Shown here: positions 37,804 to 50,300 of the stretch, in pieces | Position numbering within the stretch: the first letter of the stretch is position 1 | Layout: the number at the start of each line of letters is the position of its first letter | Assembly: GCA_021432655.1 (NCBI GenBank) | Contig: MU271483.1 | Span: 1-55,340 of the forward strand | Length of the DNA stretch: 55,340 bases | DNA from: Atractiella rhizophila | Taxonomy: Eukaryota | Direction: 5' to 3' | Made by a program: the position numbers and the translations under genes | The notes under the pieces: generated by a model | Database searches by the model: none | Told to the model about the DNA's origin: nothing | The model's input: the letters and a program-made list of their open reading frames with translations, nothing else

Positions 37804-39423
37804 CTAAAGCTTCCCATAATCGAGTTTCGTCTCGTGCTTCTCTAAGTAGCACAAGGTGATCAACTCCAATCATCCAGGACAACAAGGGAAACGGGACAAC
37901 TCACTGGCTTCCTGGATTTTTCTCACAGCTTTATTTAGATCATCTTGTACGATCGCCGTCCGTTCATCTCGAATAGCGAAGAGACCAGCTTCAGTCGCAA
38001 CATTCCTCAAGTCTAGTTTGTCGCTTTAGCTCTGCTGTTACCTAAGAGACGTTGAACGCACCAGCGCCGTTGAATCCTTCGCTTAACTTGACAATGGCCT
38101 CATAATCGATCTCCCCGCTCTTCTGTATCGGTCCACAATGAATCTTCAATATTTCTAAACGGGCGATCTCGTTTGGAAGAGGGATCTCGATCTTTCTATC
38201 TATCCTTCCCGGACGCATGAGAGCAGGGTCGAGAGTGTCTGGACGGTTGGTAGCCATAATGATTTTAGTTTTGCCGAGGTAGTCAAATCCGTCCATTTGA
38301 TTTAGAAGCTGTTCCCACAGAATTGCATCATGTAAATTATTTCGCATAGCTGATGATCACACAGACGAACCTCCATCAAGGTCCGTTGAATTTCCCTATC
38401 TGCACTCGTCCCCTCACTGAACCTTCTGCCTCCAATCGCGTCAATCTCGTCCATGAAAATGATGCATGGCTCATGGTCTTTGGCATAGGCAAACATCTCC
38501 CTGACAACCCTCGCAGACTCTCCAATGTATTTGTCCACAATAGCGGAACTGACAACCTTGAGGAAATTTGTCTCGAGAGTAGCCGCGACAGCGCGAGCAA
38601 GCAAAGTCTTGCCAGTACCGGGTGGCCCGTAGAGTAAAACTCCTTTAGGTGGCTTAATCCCAACGCGATGGAACAGCTCAGGATTCTTTATCGGCAATTC
38701 GATGACCTCACGCAGCTCACGAATCTGCTCGGATAGTCCTCCAATGTCGGCGAATTGGAGTTGCCCAGGGTCTTCTGTCGACATGTTATAGACAAGTGGG
38801 TCAACCTCGCGAGGAAGCATCCTGTTCATCAAGGCATGCCATGAGATTACGAACCGTCAACGAGGGAGGGAGGGTATGAAGAAGGTTGCGTACCGCATGA
38901 TGGTCAAAGTCGTCATATCCAGAGACACCCTTGTCCCTGCTTTTAACTTATGTTTCGAGACCGTTGACCTGCAGCCGACGACGTATCTCGGTCCAGAGGA
39001 TGCTTTGACGATGACTGCCTCCAACAATTCAACCCCTGAACTAATGCAACAAGAAAGAATAAACGCACACCGTTCTTCGTCCAATTGCTTTAACACCTCC
39101 CCTACAATCTGTCCCACCGACTGTAACGCCTTGATGTCGTCTTCGGACTTGTCGAAATCTGCATCGAGGCTCTTGATGTTCTGTCGTACTGCAGCCGAAG
39201 GGGCTCAGCTTCGCTTCATAAACAGCAGTCACGAGGAGACGTACTTCTTTTAAGATTGTCATTCATCTCCTCATACTCCTTGACCCTCTATTGCCATCCA
39301 CGCATGAGCAATTGCCTCGCACAACATCGTAGTAAGAAAGAAATAACGCACACGTTTGTAGGCATTCAGAGCATCCTGTTTTCGCTGGTCTATGCCACTG
39401 GAAGTTGAAGCGGAGGTGTCCAT
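37804..39423 (-). CDS. RPT4: 26S proteasome AAA-ATPase subunit Rpt4/PSMC6
   Basis: [73 protein letters not shown]; ends [12 protein letters not shown]. Confidence 0.98.
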
Positions 39424-39809
39424 GTCTCTTTGTTGAGTTTACAACGTGAGTAAGGTAGTCCAATGAGGTTGGTGAAGAATGTTACGCGTCGTCGCCAAAG
39501 TTGGGTTCCGAGCATTTCCAGCCGCCCGTCCAATCCCTGCCATGATATAATTTATCCCCTGCCCTCACACTTTTGAACTGCATGGACGTGAACCTGCGCT
39601 CAGTTGGTTTCTACTGCACAAGCTCATGGCGAGTGACAATCTCGTCACAGGGGCATTGGTCTGCTTTATCTATTCACACGGAAAGAGAAGGAAACAATGG
39701 ATATCTTGTGCAATACTGGGGATAATATGGGAAGCGTTGGTAGAAGGAGAATGAGCTTCTCTTTGTTCCACAATTGGCTTCTGGTAAGTAATGTAACAGA
39801 AGATACACA

Positions 39810-42159
39810 TCAAGCTCTGGCAGATACAGTCGAATTCGTACCCCAAGCGACCTTCTTCCCACCACCAGTGGCAGCCTGCGGTGGCGTTGCGTTCTTTCCG
39901 TCCTGCGTTGCTCCCTCGGCTCCAGTAGCTGCAGCAGGAGACGGCAGCGGCTTCTTCTTGATTTGCTCGACCATATCCTGCGCCTTTATGCTGTTCCTAA
40001 TAAAATAATCCGCGAACCTCGGTTTGCTCTTACTCTCTACAATCTTCACCAAATCCCCCGAAATCGCAAAGTCGACGTCGAACCCAGCCGGCGCGAGCTC
40101 GCCGTCCAAGAGGCCTTTTCCTTCCGACCACCTATAGCTACGCAAGAGCCCTTTCATGACCATGAGCTCTTGGACGGTCTCATCCTCCTCCGTCTCCAAG
40201 AAAGCTGATAGCTTGTCGGTTCCCAGTGTGGTGTACAATTTCAGTAGGGAACGGAGGGTAGGTACTTTGAGGTGCTGTTTGACCTGGGTGAGGAAGATTC
40301 CGAGGTGGAATTGGGCAGGGTCAGGTAGTGTGGCGTAAGTTGGGAGTTGGGCGGGCTCGTCGTATGGTGGAGGAGTGGGAGAGATGAATTTCGGCGAAGC
40401 GTAAAGGAAAAGTTCTTCAAACGGAGCGAGGGATTCTTCGCCTCCGCGAACCATACGCTGGTACTGCTCTCCGTATTTCTCCTTCATGTTGTTCAACACC
40501 AGGTCGTCCGTTTTCGTTGGGCAAAGGGCGTGACAGATGGCGAGGAGGGCGTACATCCGATCTGCCATTTTGTTTATCTGAATGCAACCTGATCAACGCA
40601 AGCCAAAGGAAGGAGGAAAAGGAATACTGAGTCGTAGTGATATCCTCTGGTATGGAGCTGTTTCAATCGACCGACGAGGCCAAGAATGGAGGTAAAAGTT
40701 CGAATCGCGTCTGGATACCGTCGAAGGGCGAGGTAGGCGAAGCCGATGTAGTAATAGACGGTAACATGGCAGGGGAGCACTTTGGTGTACATTGCCTATC
40801 CTCGGTCGTCAACGGCAGGATCATCGAAGCGAGCGATTGATTCTAGGCTCACCTTTTTGTTCAACTCAATCTCCTCCATCATCTTCAAACCTAAGGTGTA
40901 ATCGCCAAGGAGGACGTGAACGCGAAGGAGGCCGATGATGGAGAAGTAGCCCAACCAGCGATAGAGAGGTTTGGAGCCGTACTCGCCACCGATTTCGCTG
41001 TCGCAGATTCGTTCAGTTTGTTTCACCTAATACTACAGATGGAGACGAAAACGAACTCAGCCTCCTCCGTGTTGCCTGCTCGAAGAGCTGGAAGCTGCAA
41101 TTGAATCTTGCTCTTCTGAATAAGGGAGTAGAGGACATTGAGTACGGAATAGCAGGACCAGACCTATGTTCGGATGGTACATCAACATCGACCTTAATAG
41201 AATGATACTACTGACTTGAGGGTTGTCTCCCAAAATAACGATATCTTCTTCAGTCTTCTTGCTCACTCGACTCCGCCAGGTAACGAAACTTTGGAACTGA
41301 TATACGAATTCGTCGATAATGTCGTAGAGCCAGCTAGGGGGAAGGTCCATGGGAACTGGCGAGTCGGAATCTTGGGCACAATTAGTACGCAAATTGCCCC
41401 AATACGAGAACAACGCACTCAAAATCCAGTTGAAGATGGCGCAATAATTCCTGTATCATCGTTGTCAGTCTGAAGCTGCGTTCGAGGAAAAATAAGTACT
41501 CGTAAGAATGAAAACGATCATCGAGATCAGGCTGCAGACGAGAGTAGACGTGTCGGAAGTAAAGCTCTCGATAGAACATCACGAAAACATCGTCTAGCCG
41601 CCAAGTCAACTTAATTCCTCTAAAATGGGAGAGGCAAGTTTGCGCACCATTGTTGACGAGCGGAGCGATGACTTCAGCCTGTGGCCATTCTGATTTCTGG
41701 TAAAACTTGTCGGTTAACCTATCTGCACTTTCAGTTTGCTCGTCCGCTATTGCTGCAGTGGACACTCACCGAGAAAAGCCTTCGTACGCAGCGGATATGT
41801 TGGCTACGTTTCGGTCAAGGATGGATTCGTGCAAATGCACCACAAACTTGAACACAGTCAGAGCTCAGCACGTATTGCTTCAGTGTGAATGAAGGCATAC
41901 GTTCTTGACTGGATTTGGGACGGCGGCTAGCGCAGCCTCCTGCTCCTCTCTCACTGCAGCAGCTATGGCCTGTTGCTGAGCTGAAAAGTCTAATTCCACA
42001 AGCAATCCCATTCACATCCTCCTTCAAACAGGAGAAGTAAAACGTACCGTTGTCATAATACCCATTCCCAAGGGCTGCTTGCTGCTGGAGAGAATTCACT
42101 AAGGTCTCCTCATACCCGTCGTCGTCATCAGAGTAGTCGTAAGGGCGTGCGTGGGACAT
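39810..42159 (-). CDS. EIF3L: Eukaryotic translation initiation factor 3 subunit L
   Basis: [78 protein letters not shown]. Confidence 0.96.
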
Positions 42160-42543
42160 GGTAAGCTGATCAATTCGACGCTGGAATTTTTTTGAAGGTG
42201 GTTGTAGTGTATCAATCACGTAGTCTCGTGACTACGGCAATTCAGCTCCCGGCTTGCCATCCTGAGGAAGCGTCTTCGCGACAGCCCAGCAGCCGCGCCA
42301 GGGCATCTATTCAGCAGGACTTGCAGGAGTTTGCAACGTTAACAACACTGTCTTCAAGCTGTTCCCTCTGTCTCTTGCAGTACCGAGAAATCCGAACTTA
42401 GACTGACTCCTCCAACCTCTGCTCAGATCCCCCGGATCGCTTAGATCATCACCACCTGAGGAGGAGAGTGGGCCTCCGGCAACCTCCGTCGTGCCTATAA
42501 AAGGCCTACTTCCAATCACCTTTGATCCATTGCAAAGCAAAAG

Positions 42544-43494
42544 ATGGCTGAACGCGACTTTGCCCCAGAAACTGCCAGCTCCATCAACGCTGTCAAACGT
42601 CTCAAAGATCGCGGAAACTACGATGCTGCCACTGTTTACGAGATCTTGGATGAAGCCATCATCGCACATGTGGGATTCACGGAGCAGGATACGGGGGAAC
42701 AATATCCTGTCGTCATTCCCATGATTTTTGGGAGGAGAGAAGATGAGATCTTCCTTCATGGACATCTTAGCTCTCGTCAGCTTTTATCTCATCGTAATAA
42801 TGAATTAAGTCTAATGTAATTTTGTTTTCCTAGGTCTGCTGTAAGAGCAGCTGATTATTTTTCAGACTTTCTAACAGTTAAACAGCAAGACGCTTGAGAA
42901 AGGAGCGAAGTGCTGCATCACGGTCACACATGTCGACGCTCTCATCCTAGCATTAACGTCGTTCCATAATTCGTGTGTCATGCCCTCCCCTTACAAAAAA
43001 AACTGAAGTAACTCTCAGGATGAATTATCGCTCCGTTGTGCTCTTCGGATCTGTACGTTTTGGCTTTTGAAACTCTCCTCGGCCTCAGCTGACTGGAGAC
43101 GCCTAGGCAAAGTTGATACCAGATGCTGCAGTGGAGGAAAAGAACGCTGCTCTCACGGCCATAACCGATCATGCCATTGGACGGAGCCCTTCCCGCTGGG
43201 CCGACTCTCGACTCCCCGATGCGGTTGAGCTGAAGTCGACCAAAGTCCTTTCCTTCAAAATCGACTCTGCCTCCGCAAAGGCATGTTTCTTTGTTATTTT
43301 GTCTTCGTCACAGCTGATCGTGTGGCCAGGTACGCACTGGTGGGCCGAAAGATGAGAAGAAGGACATTGAAGCGGACCTTGATCATTGGGTCGGAATCGT
43401 GGAAAGGAAGAAGGGATGGGAGAAGGCAATCCCTGCTGATTACATCAAGGAAGGCGTGGAGGTACCTGACTACGTCCAAAGGATGCTGCAATGA
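42544..43494 (+). CDS. Pyridoxamine 5'-phosphate oxidase-related FMN-binding protein (NimA-like split barrel)
   Basis: KRLKDRGNYD...ILDEAIIAHVGF...PVVIPMIFGR...FLHGHLSSRLL; ITVTHVDALILA..FHNSMNYRSVVLFG; SASAKVRTGGP. Confidence 0.9.
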
Positions 43495-43590
43495 CTACCT
43501 AGAATTCACTCACGATTCTCAGAGTTGCAAACTCGCCATGCTCTTTTGATTTTTGAAATCGAGAATTATTATTAGGATGTCAAGGGTCAA

Positions 43591-44480
43591 TTAAATTCTA
43601 AGATGTATCTGCGGCTTTTGCTGCTGTACTTTTCCAGGTGTAGCCTTTGGTCTTCCAGTATCTCTCGCAACACTAGCTTTCCTCTCCGTACTCCTCGTCT
43701 TGGGTTTCTGCCTCCCCTTCCCCCCCTCAGTCAAAAGAGCAGTCTTTCCAGTGCTTCTAACGAGGTCATTAGATCGTACGACCTCTTGCTCGAAAGTCGT
43801 CAGCCCCGTCGCCCCTCTGTTAGGTTGCACCACCTCCTGACTATTTCTCCTGAAAAGGCGACCAGTAAGCCCTCGCTTCTTGGCTTGCCTCCGTTCCTCG
43901 CTTTTGACCCGTTCTTTTATGTCGTCCGCATACTTCTTTTTGAACTCCAACACCTCCTTCCAAGCCTCCTGATCCTTCTCAATCTCAGGGGGCATCACGG
44001 CTTCTGTGGGAGTGGGAAGTTGTTTCCTGATGGGAAGCCCAGTGCCACCTAGACGCTCGACAGATGTAGAATTTTGAGCTGTAGGGACGTGGGAGAAACC
44101 GAAGAGGCGCCAGCGAGGAATGGGGACGCGACTGAGAGAGATCTCCTTCTTGTGAGAGCCGTAGCAATGAAGACAAATGGAGTTGGAGGGGGCATGGCAC
44201 GACCACAAATCACGCATGGCGTCAAGCCTTCAATCATGAGGTAATACGACTATCAACCTCCAAGCTTGGTATTGTAAACAAGAAAACACGGACTGGAATT
44301 CTGCCTAATATACTTGTTGGCGCTCCTCATGCGCTTTTTAGAGTGCGAGGTCTTCTTCTTCGGTGCCGCCCATAATATCGGTGGAAATAGCTCACTGAGT
44401 TTTGGTACAGCAGGGATGGGGAGTAGAGAGCGTAGCAGCCCTGCTAGAGTGAGCTGAGGGAGAGGAAGTGCGAGCGACAT
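43591..44480 (-). CDS. MRPL32: Mitochondrial ribosomal protein bL32m with long C-terminal extension; apparent frameshift at 44188-44192
   Basis: ILWAAPKKKTSHSKKRMR motif, then after one intron CVICG in one frame and ICLHCY plus ~190 aa in the -1 frame. Confidence 0.85.
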
Positions 44481-44546
44481 GGTCACTTTTTTGGCAACCA
44501 GTTTCGGTTCCGTCGAAACGACAAAGTCAAGGATTTCAAGACAACC

Positions 44547-45085
44547 ATGTTCAGACCGACACTGGTTAGATTGGCGCGCAGTAAGTTGACAACTGGCATC
44601 TTGGGGTATGCACATCATTACGCTCTTTCCCACGATTCTGAACGTGCATATAGGCAGCCAGTTCACCCAGAGCCTCTTCAAGCGTTGGTCAGGACATATG
44701 ATGCGACGCTGCAAAACCTCTCCCAATCCTCCATCCCACCTTCCTCCGCGTATAGACAGTCAATAGAAGCCATCACTTCCCACCGAAAAAGCGTCGTATC
44801 CTTGGCTTTAGAGCAGGTCAAGAAGGGGGAGGATGAGGAGAAGGCGATAAGGAGAGTAGAGGAGGAATTTGACGCTGGACCGATTGAGGACGTGTATAAT
44901 CAGGCTGTGGATGAAAGAGATTTGGTGAAGAAAATGGAGGGTTGGAAAATGTGAGTGTTTCTTTTGATTTTGGGTGGCAGCCGTTGAGCATGCTCATGTC
45001 GTGTAGTTGGGAGGACTTACAAACAAAACCTCCTGCGGGACAGTGGGATCCTGTCACGCTCCCACCTAGCAATACTAATCTCTAA
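44547..45085 (+). CDS. NDUFA5: NADH:ubiquinone oxidoreductase subunit NDUFA5 (B13/NUO-29.9 family)
   Basis: TTGILGQPVHPEP...LQNLSQSSIPPSSAYRQSIEAITSHR...GPIEDVYNQAVDE..LVKKMEGWK.WEDL..KPPAGQW. Confidence 0.93.
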
Positions 45086-45318
45086 TCCACGCTTTGCTTC
45101 AAAGTTGTTAACTCCTTGTGACCCATAAACTGTGCCTGCACTCAATCGGCATACTCAGACAGGCCTTGTCTTATGTAACCGACGGCTGTTGGCTGGATTC
45201 ATGCCTCCGCTTGCACTCAAACTCTGAGCTTCGCTGGAGTTTCAGCTCATTGGTAATTGTAAGACGTGTGCTGAGTTGAACGATGGGCACGGACGGGCAA
45301 AAGGTAGTAAGTCATTCC

Positions 45319-45560
45319 AGTCCCACAAATGTCTGTTACGTCCTTATCTCTATCACTTCTTCTTCCGTTCATCTTTCCCCTGCATCCCTGTGGTCGTATT
45401 TAAAGCAGTAGGCGGCAGACCTAACAAGTGAAACAAAGAAGTCCCACAAATGTCTGTTACGTCCTTATCTCTATCACTTCTTCTTCCGTTCATCTTTCCC
45501 CTGCATCCCTGTGGTCGTATTTAAAGCAGTAGGCGGCAGACCTAACAAGTGAAACAAAGA
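45319..45560. repeat. Perfect direct tandem duplication, 2 x 121 bp (45319-45439, 45440-45560)
   Basis: agtcccacaaatgtctgttacgtcc...cctaacaagtgaaacaaaga is repeated identically head to tail. Confidence 0.95.
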
Positions 45561-46158
45561 GTTTACAAGCTCTTCATCTGTCTCCACGACAACAGCCCTT
45601 CCTTCCACACGGAGCCCGTGGCTTGCTCCAGAAGAGCTCGAAGCTGATGGTCCCGAGCTTCGAAGCTTACTGCTCCCCTGTAAAGTCGAAACCTGAGCTG
45701 AGGTGGAATTCTGTGTTGTCTGCCTCTGCAATTGCAGCCTCTCAATTATCGAGAGATTTGTGTCCGCCTTTGTTTCAAGTTGGGCTGTTTCCAGCCTTCA
45801 GATTCTGTTTGCAGAAGAGTAAGAAGGCGTACCAATTTTATGCTCTAACGCGATAATTTTTTCCATTTCTTCAATTTCAGCCCTGTTGTGGACTTCAGGC
45901 CACGTGCAATTTATCTCCTCTGGCAATAACTGGTGCAAGTGAGCGGAGCGTGTGCACGTCCCTTGTAACAGACCATTAGGATACTGTTTTGAGGAAGAAA
46001 ATAGAGGTTAGCTCACCACAAACCGGTTTGACACCATCACACCTGATCACAGTTTATTAATGAGACAGACGACATGGAAATTGAACCTACCGCACTTTTC
46101 TCGCCTTGCAAACCAAGCATGCATTATTTCTATTCAGCGGAGCTTGCTTCGTATCCAT
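45474..46158 (-). CDS. Short Zn(II)2Cys6 protein (~177 aa; DNA-binding domain + coiled coil only)
   Basis: Exons 46158-46091, 46042-46017, 45961-45833 and 45784-45474 give MDTKQAPLNRNNACLVCKARKVRCDGVKPVCGTCTRSAHLHQLLPEEINCTWPE...EMEKIIALEHKIAQLETK...; three GT-AG introns of 48, 55 and 48 nt. Confidence 0.85.
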
Positions 46159-47368
46159 CCTCGACTCCCTGATTGCCGCTAACTCTCCTCTCGGTATCCA
46201 TCGTCCTAAAGCAACACTCGTCTTTTCTACCCCTTCGAATCAAGCATTGTATTCGTCACCATCCCTTTCCGTTAACAAAGTTCGCGCGTCATAGGCTCCC
46301 GCGCCAGGAATTGGCGGAGCGACCAGAGCTGTTTCTCGCCACTGACGCTCGAAAACTGGCAGAGGAGATGTTGGCAGAACCAACGCTGCTTCGCACCTCG
46401 GCCAACGGAGTGACCGGAGGACCGCTCGCACGCTCAAAACTCTAGGAAGTAGTGTTCAAGCGATTAGACGGCGCTTGATGACTGCAGCTGCATATCCTTG
46501 CTTGCTGAGATTATGTGAGGCAACGTTCACATACGGATATCCGGACGGCAGAGAAAGTGCGAAGGCATTTGGAATACTTAATATTTTGAGGTCGCCACCA
46601 CCTTGCACGTCATTACAAGTTCAATCTACATACAGTAGAGGTAGTCGCAGTCTAAGAGTTATGGTAAATGGAAAAGAATATTAACAGGCTTCAGTGCGAG
46701 AACCCCCGGTCGTTTTAAGTTCATTTCATCAACCAGCGTCCTTGATGATTGATGATTGAATCCTAGCATTCGCAAAAATCATACAAAGTATTAATCCCCA
46801 TGCTAGCAATGAACTAGTGCGCCACTGGATAGTAATAGAAAGCACAATATTGCAAGGTTACTTATAACATTGAGAATAGCTGTAGGAAAGGTACTGGAAA
46901 TGTTTATCCATTGTTGCTGCCTATCCGTAGACTAGCTCGCCTTAAATCAATTCGATGTGATCAACCATCTCCATAACCAATCATTTGCCATTGTGCCCAC
47001 AAAGCAATCACCGGTAGCTAATTCAAGTTGGTTTAAGTCGAGCAGGGAGACAACAAGAATAAAGCTAATAAAGTGTCGTGTTCTCAGGGAGACTATTTCA
47101 TTCTACATATCATTCAATTACTACAACGTTCATACGCGATATTGGCTGAGTATTGGTCTGGCTGAGCGGCTGAGCATTGTCCTCTCACCACCATAGGGTA
47201 ACATCTCGGCGCCAATTGCTAAATCAGGAAGGCGGCGCTGCCACCATAGCTTGAGCAGCAGCATATCTCAACACTTGCCAGTGCATGCCTTGGGGCTTTC
47301 TTCACGTAGCGAGACGATTCCCTGCAGTACAATCTCTCTCCCAAGTGCGCCACTGGCAATCACGTAAA

Positions 47369-50300
47369 ATGACTTCGCAATATCCCAAATCACACGGAAA
47401 TTTCGACTTGCTGATTGGTCCCGTGAAAGACTCGACCAGTGAAGCGGAAGTGGTACTGTGGAGAAGTAGAAAGAGTGGGTTGAAAGTTGCTCTCGTAGCC
47501 GATGATGGTTCGTCACTGCGATGGATCCCCTGCACTCAAACAAAACAAAAATACAGGACCTTTAGTGGAGGGATATTTTACCGGTAGGCACTTCGTTTGG
47601 ACTCAGTGATTAACTTGGACAATTGCCTAATATCATCTTTGTAGTTGCAACTGAGATTTTTGACGAGTATGCTGGCCGATCGTTCCCAGATTCAGCAGAC
47701 GTTTGGCTCACATCGTTTCTCCAGTTCTGGGAGGCCGCATACACTTGAACAGTCTGTCTGTCTCTATATCCTGGGATCCTAAATATCTGATGCGTCTAGT
47801 ATAGCCTAATCTTTCTGGGAAGCGAAAAATACCCTTACAAAGGAGTATTGGATACCCTTGCAAACCGCTCATTTGCCCAAGGGTAAGTGAGATTATTGTA
47901 GTCAATATCAGGACCTGACCCGATTTTCCGTACAGAACGAATGCCTGGACAGATACCACGCATACGTGGGTCCTCCTCTATCAATGAAGCTCAACTGAGA
48001 GTTGTCACAGATGCTACACCATGAGCACGGCTGGTCAGGAGGGATTTTTGAAGCTTCTTCCAGGTTCATTTTTACCTCAGTTGATTTTCTCATCTAACAG
48101 CTTGCAGTATATGTGGATCATTTGCTCTACCCGTACGAAGTTGAATTTGTTCAACCTTAACTCAAATGGGTATCAGCACTCTGACGGATTCTGGATTCAC
48201 GACAGAGGTATACTCAACATCCATAAAGTTGAAATTCTGGCTTATGCGCCACTGTGTAGGTATTCCACATAAATGGTTTGGGTCAGGAGGCGGGCGTTGT
48301 CTTTTCCGAAATGCAAGGTCGAGAGAATACGAGCTACGATCTGATGGCACTACAGTCAGTCTGGTCCATTTTGTTAATTACCACTACTGATGCTGGGACT
48401 CTTAGGACACAGCGCCTGATATATCCAGAAGGCAGTGGATATCGAAGTGAGACTGGGGGGCTTATGGAGAAGCTGCGCGTCCTGGACTGCCAACAGAGTA
48501 TTTTCTCAGTTTGGCTTGATGACTTGATTCACAGTTGATATGCAGTTCGGGACTATCATTCACACACATACGTGCCGCACAACGTACTGTTGCTGGTCGT
48601 TGGGTCTGTTAATCCCCAGGAACTTCTTGAGACTCTTCAGAGGACAGTTGAAATTTCAGCAGAAGGACACGGACAAGCTCACGGTCCCACGGGGCCATCC
48701 GAATGGAAACGACCATGGGTTGAAACCCCTTCGGCTTATCGTGAACCGAGGAAGCTTGTAGAGAAGATTGACGTTATTGAGTTTCCGGACGAAGAAGATG
48801 ACGAAGAAGGGATGGGGGAGGTCGTCATTACTTGGCTTGGACCTTTGACGAGAGTATGTGGCACTGGTCACCTCAATAACGGCTAACTGTGCGCTGCAGG
48901 ATTTTCTGTCTCATAAAGCACTGGATATTCTTTCGGATTACCTCGCCGACAGTGCTATTTCACCTTTCTATAAAGAATTGGTAGACATAGACGAGCCAAT
49001 CTGTACACACCTCTATTTCTCCCTCAACGACGCCCAACAAATTACGATCGACCTCAATCTATCTTCCGTCCCAGTTGGTGCTTTGAACTCAGTGACTACG
49101 AAAGTCAAGGCTTTGCTCAAAAAGGTCCAAAACGACGGAATCGACATGGCAAGGATGAAGGCTGTGTTGAGGAGGAACCGAGCAAAAATTTTAGATTCGG
49201 GAGAGACGTCCTTGCCGAGCTCTTTTGCAGACAGCATGATTTCAGGCGAGCACTTTCTGCCGCTTCAGGCTAACATTTAACGACAAAGGCAGACTTTTTA
49301 TACGGTCAAAGGGAGGGAGAGGATATTCCTCATCTACTCAACGATCTTCAAATGCACAAGGAACTCGATGATTGGGGAAGAGAGGAGTGGCTTCAATTGC
49401 TGCGAAAGTGCGCCATATTGTTGCCCGCTGGCGCTGACTGAGAACAAATCCAGATGGCTCATCCAGCCAGAATTCGTAGCGGTGGTTGGAAAACCTTCCG
49501 AGAAGTTGTCGGAAGAACTGAAAGAGGCGAGCAAAAGGCGACTGGAAGAGACTAAAAAGACGTATGGTGAAGAAGGATTAAAGAAGCTGGACGAAGCCCT
49601 GAAATCCGCTCAAGAGAAAAATGATCGAAAGATTCCAGTAGAAATGCTCAAGAGCTTTAGAATACCCAACGTGGATCAGGTGCGGTGGTACGATGTGAAG
49701 ACTGCAAGAAGTCGTGGAGTTGCCAAAGATACGAAGGATCTATCAGTAATAAATCCTGAACTTCAATCCCGAATAGATGAGGAAGGAACTTCCAGTCCCT
49801 ATTTTATACAGTTCGATCGTTCGTCTTTATCACTGTCTCCTACCATGTTTCTCACCATGCTTTCAGATGTCAAGTCAAATTTCGTCACCATCCGTGTCTA
49901 CATGTACCCTTCAAACGTGCCAGAACACCTCCTAGCCCTTCTTGCGATCTGGAATGCGGCATTCTATCACCTCCCTCTCGTCCGCGCCGACGGTAGACGC
50001 CTCGAATACGAAGAAGTGATAACGGGATTGGATGAGGATACGGTAGAATATTCAGCACATACTGGGTGGAGTGCTCTACAGGAGCTGATGGCGGTGCGCT
50101 TGAAAGTGGAGAAGGACAACTATGAAAAGGGGGTTCACTGGTGTGTATCTTTTCCGCTGCGTAGAGGTGATAGGGAAGCTTGAATAGGATGAGAGACTTG
50201 TTGTGGGGGAGCGAATTCGACTTGGACCTGTAGGATTTCTCTCTGTATTCCTCTCACAAACTCAGCATGGTGCAGGATCAAGATTGAGGCCACGAAACTG

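Noticed and set aside
45319..45560. CRISPR array or LTR pair
   Set aside because: Eukaryotic context, adjacent copies with no spacer, and no TG...CA ends or internal retroelement sequence.
46534..46543. CGGATATCCG palindrome as an autoregulatory zinc-cluster site
   Set aside because: Single occurrence, not distinguishable from chance.
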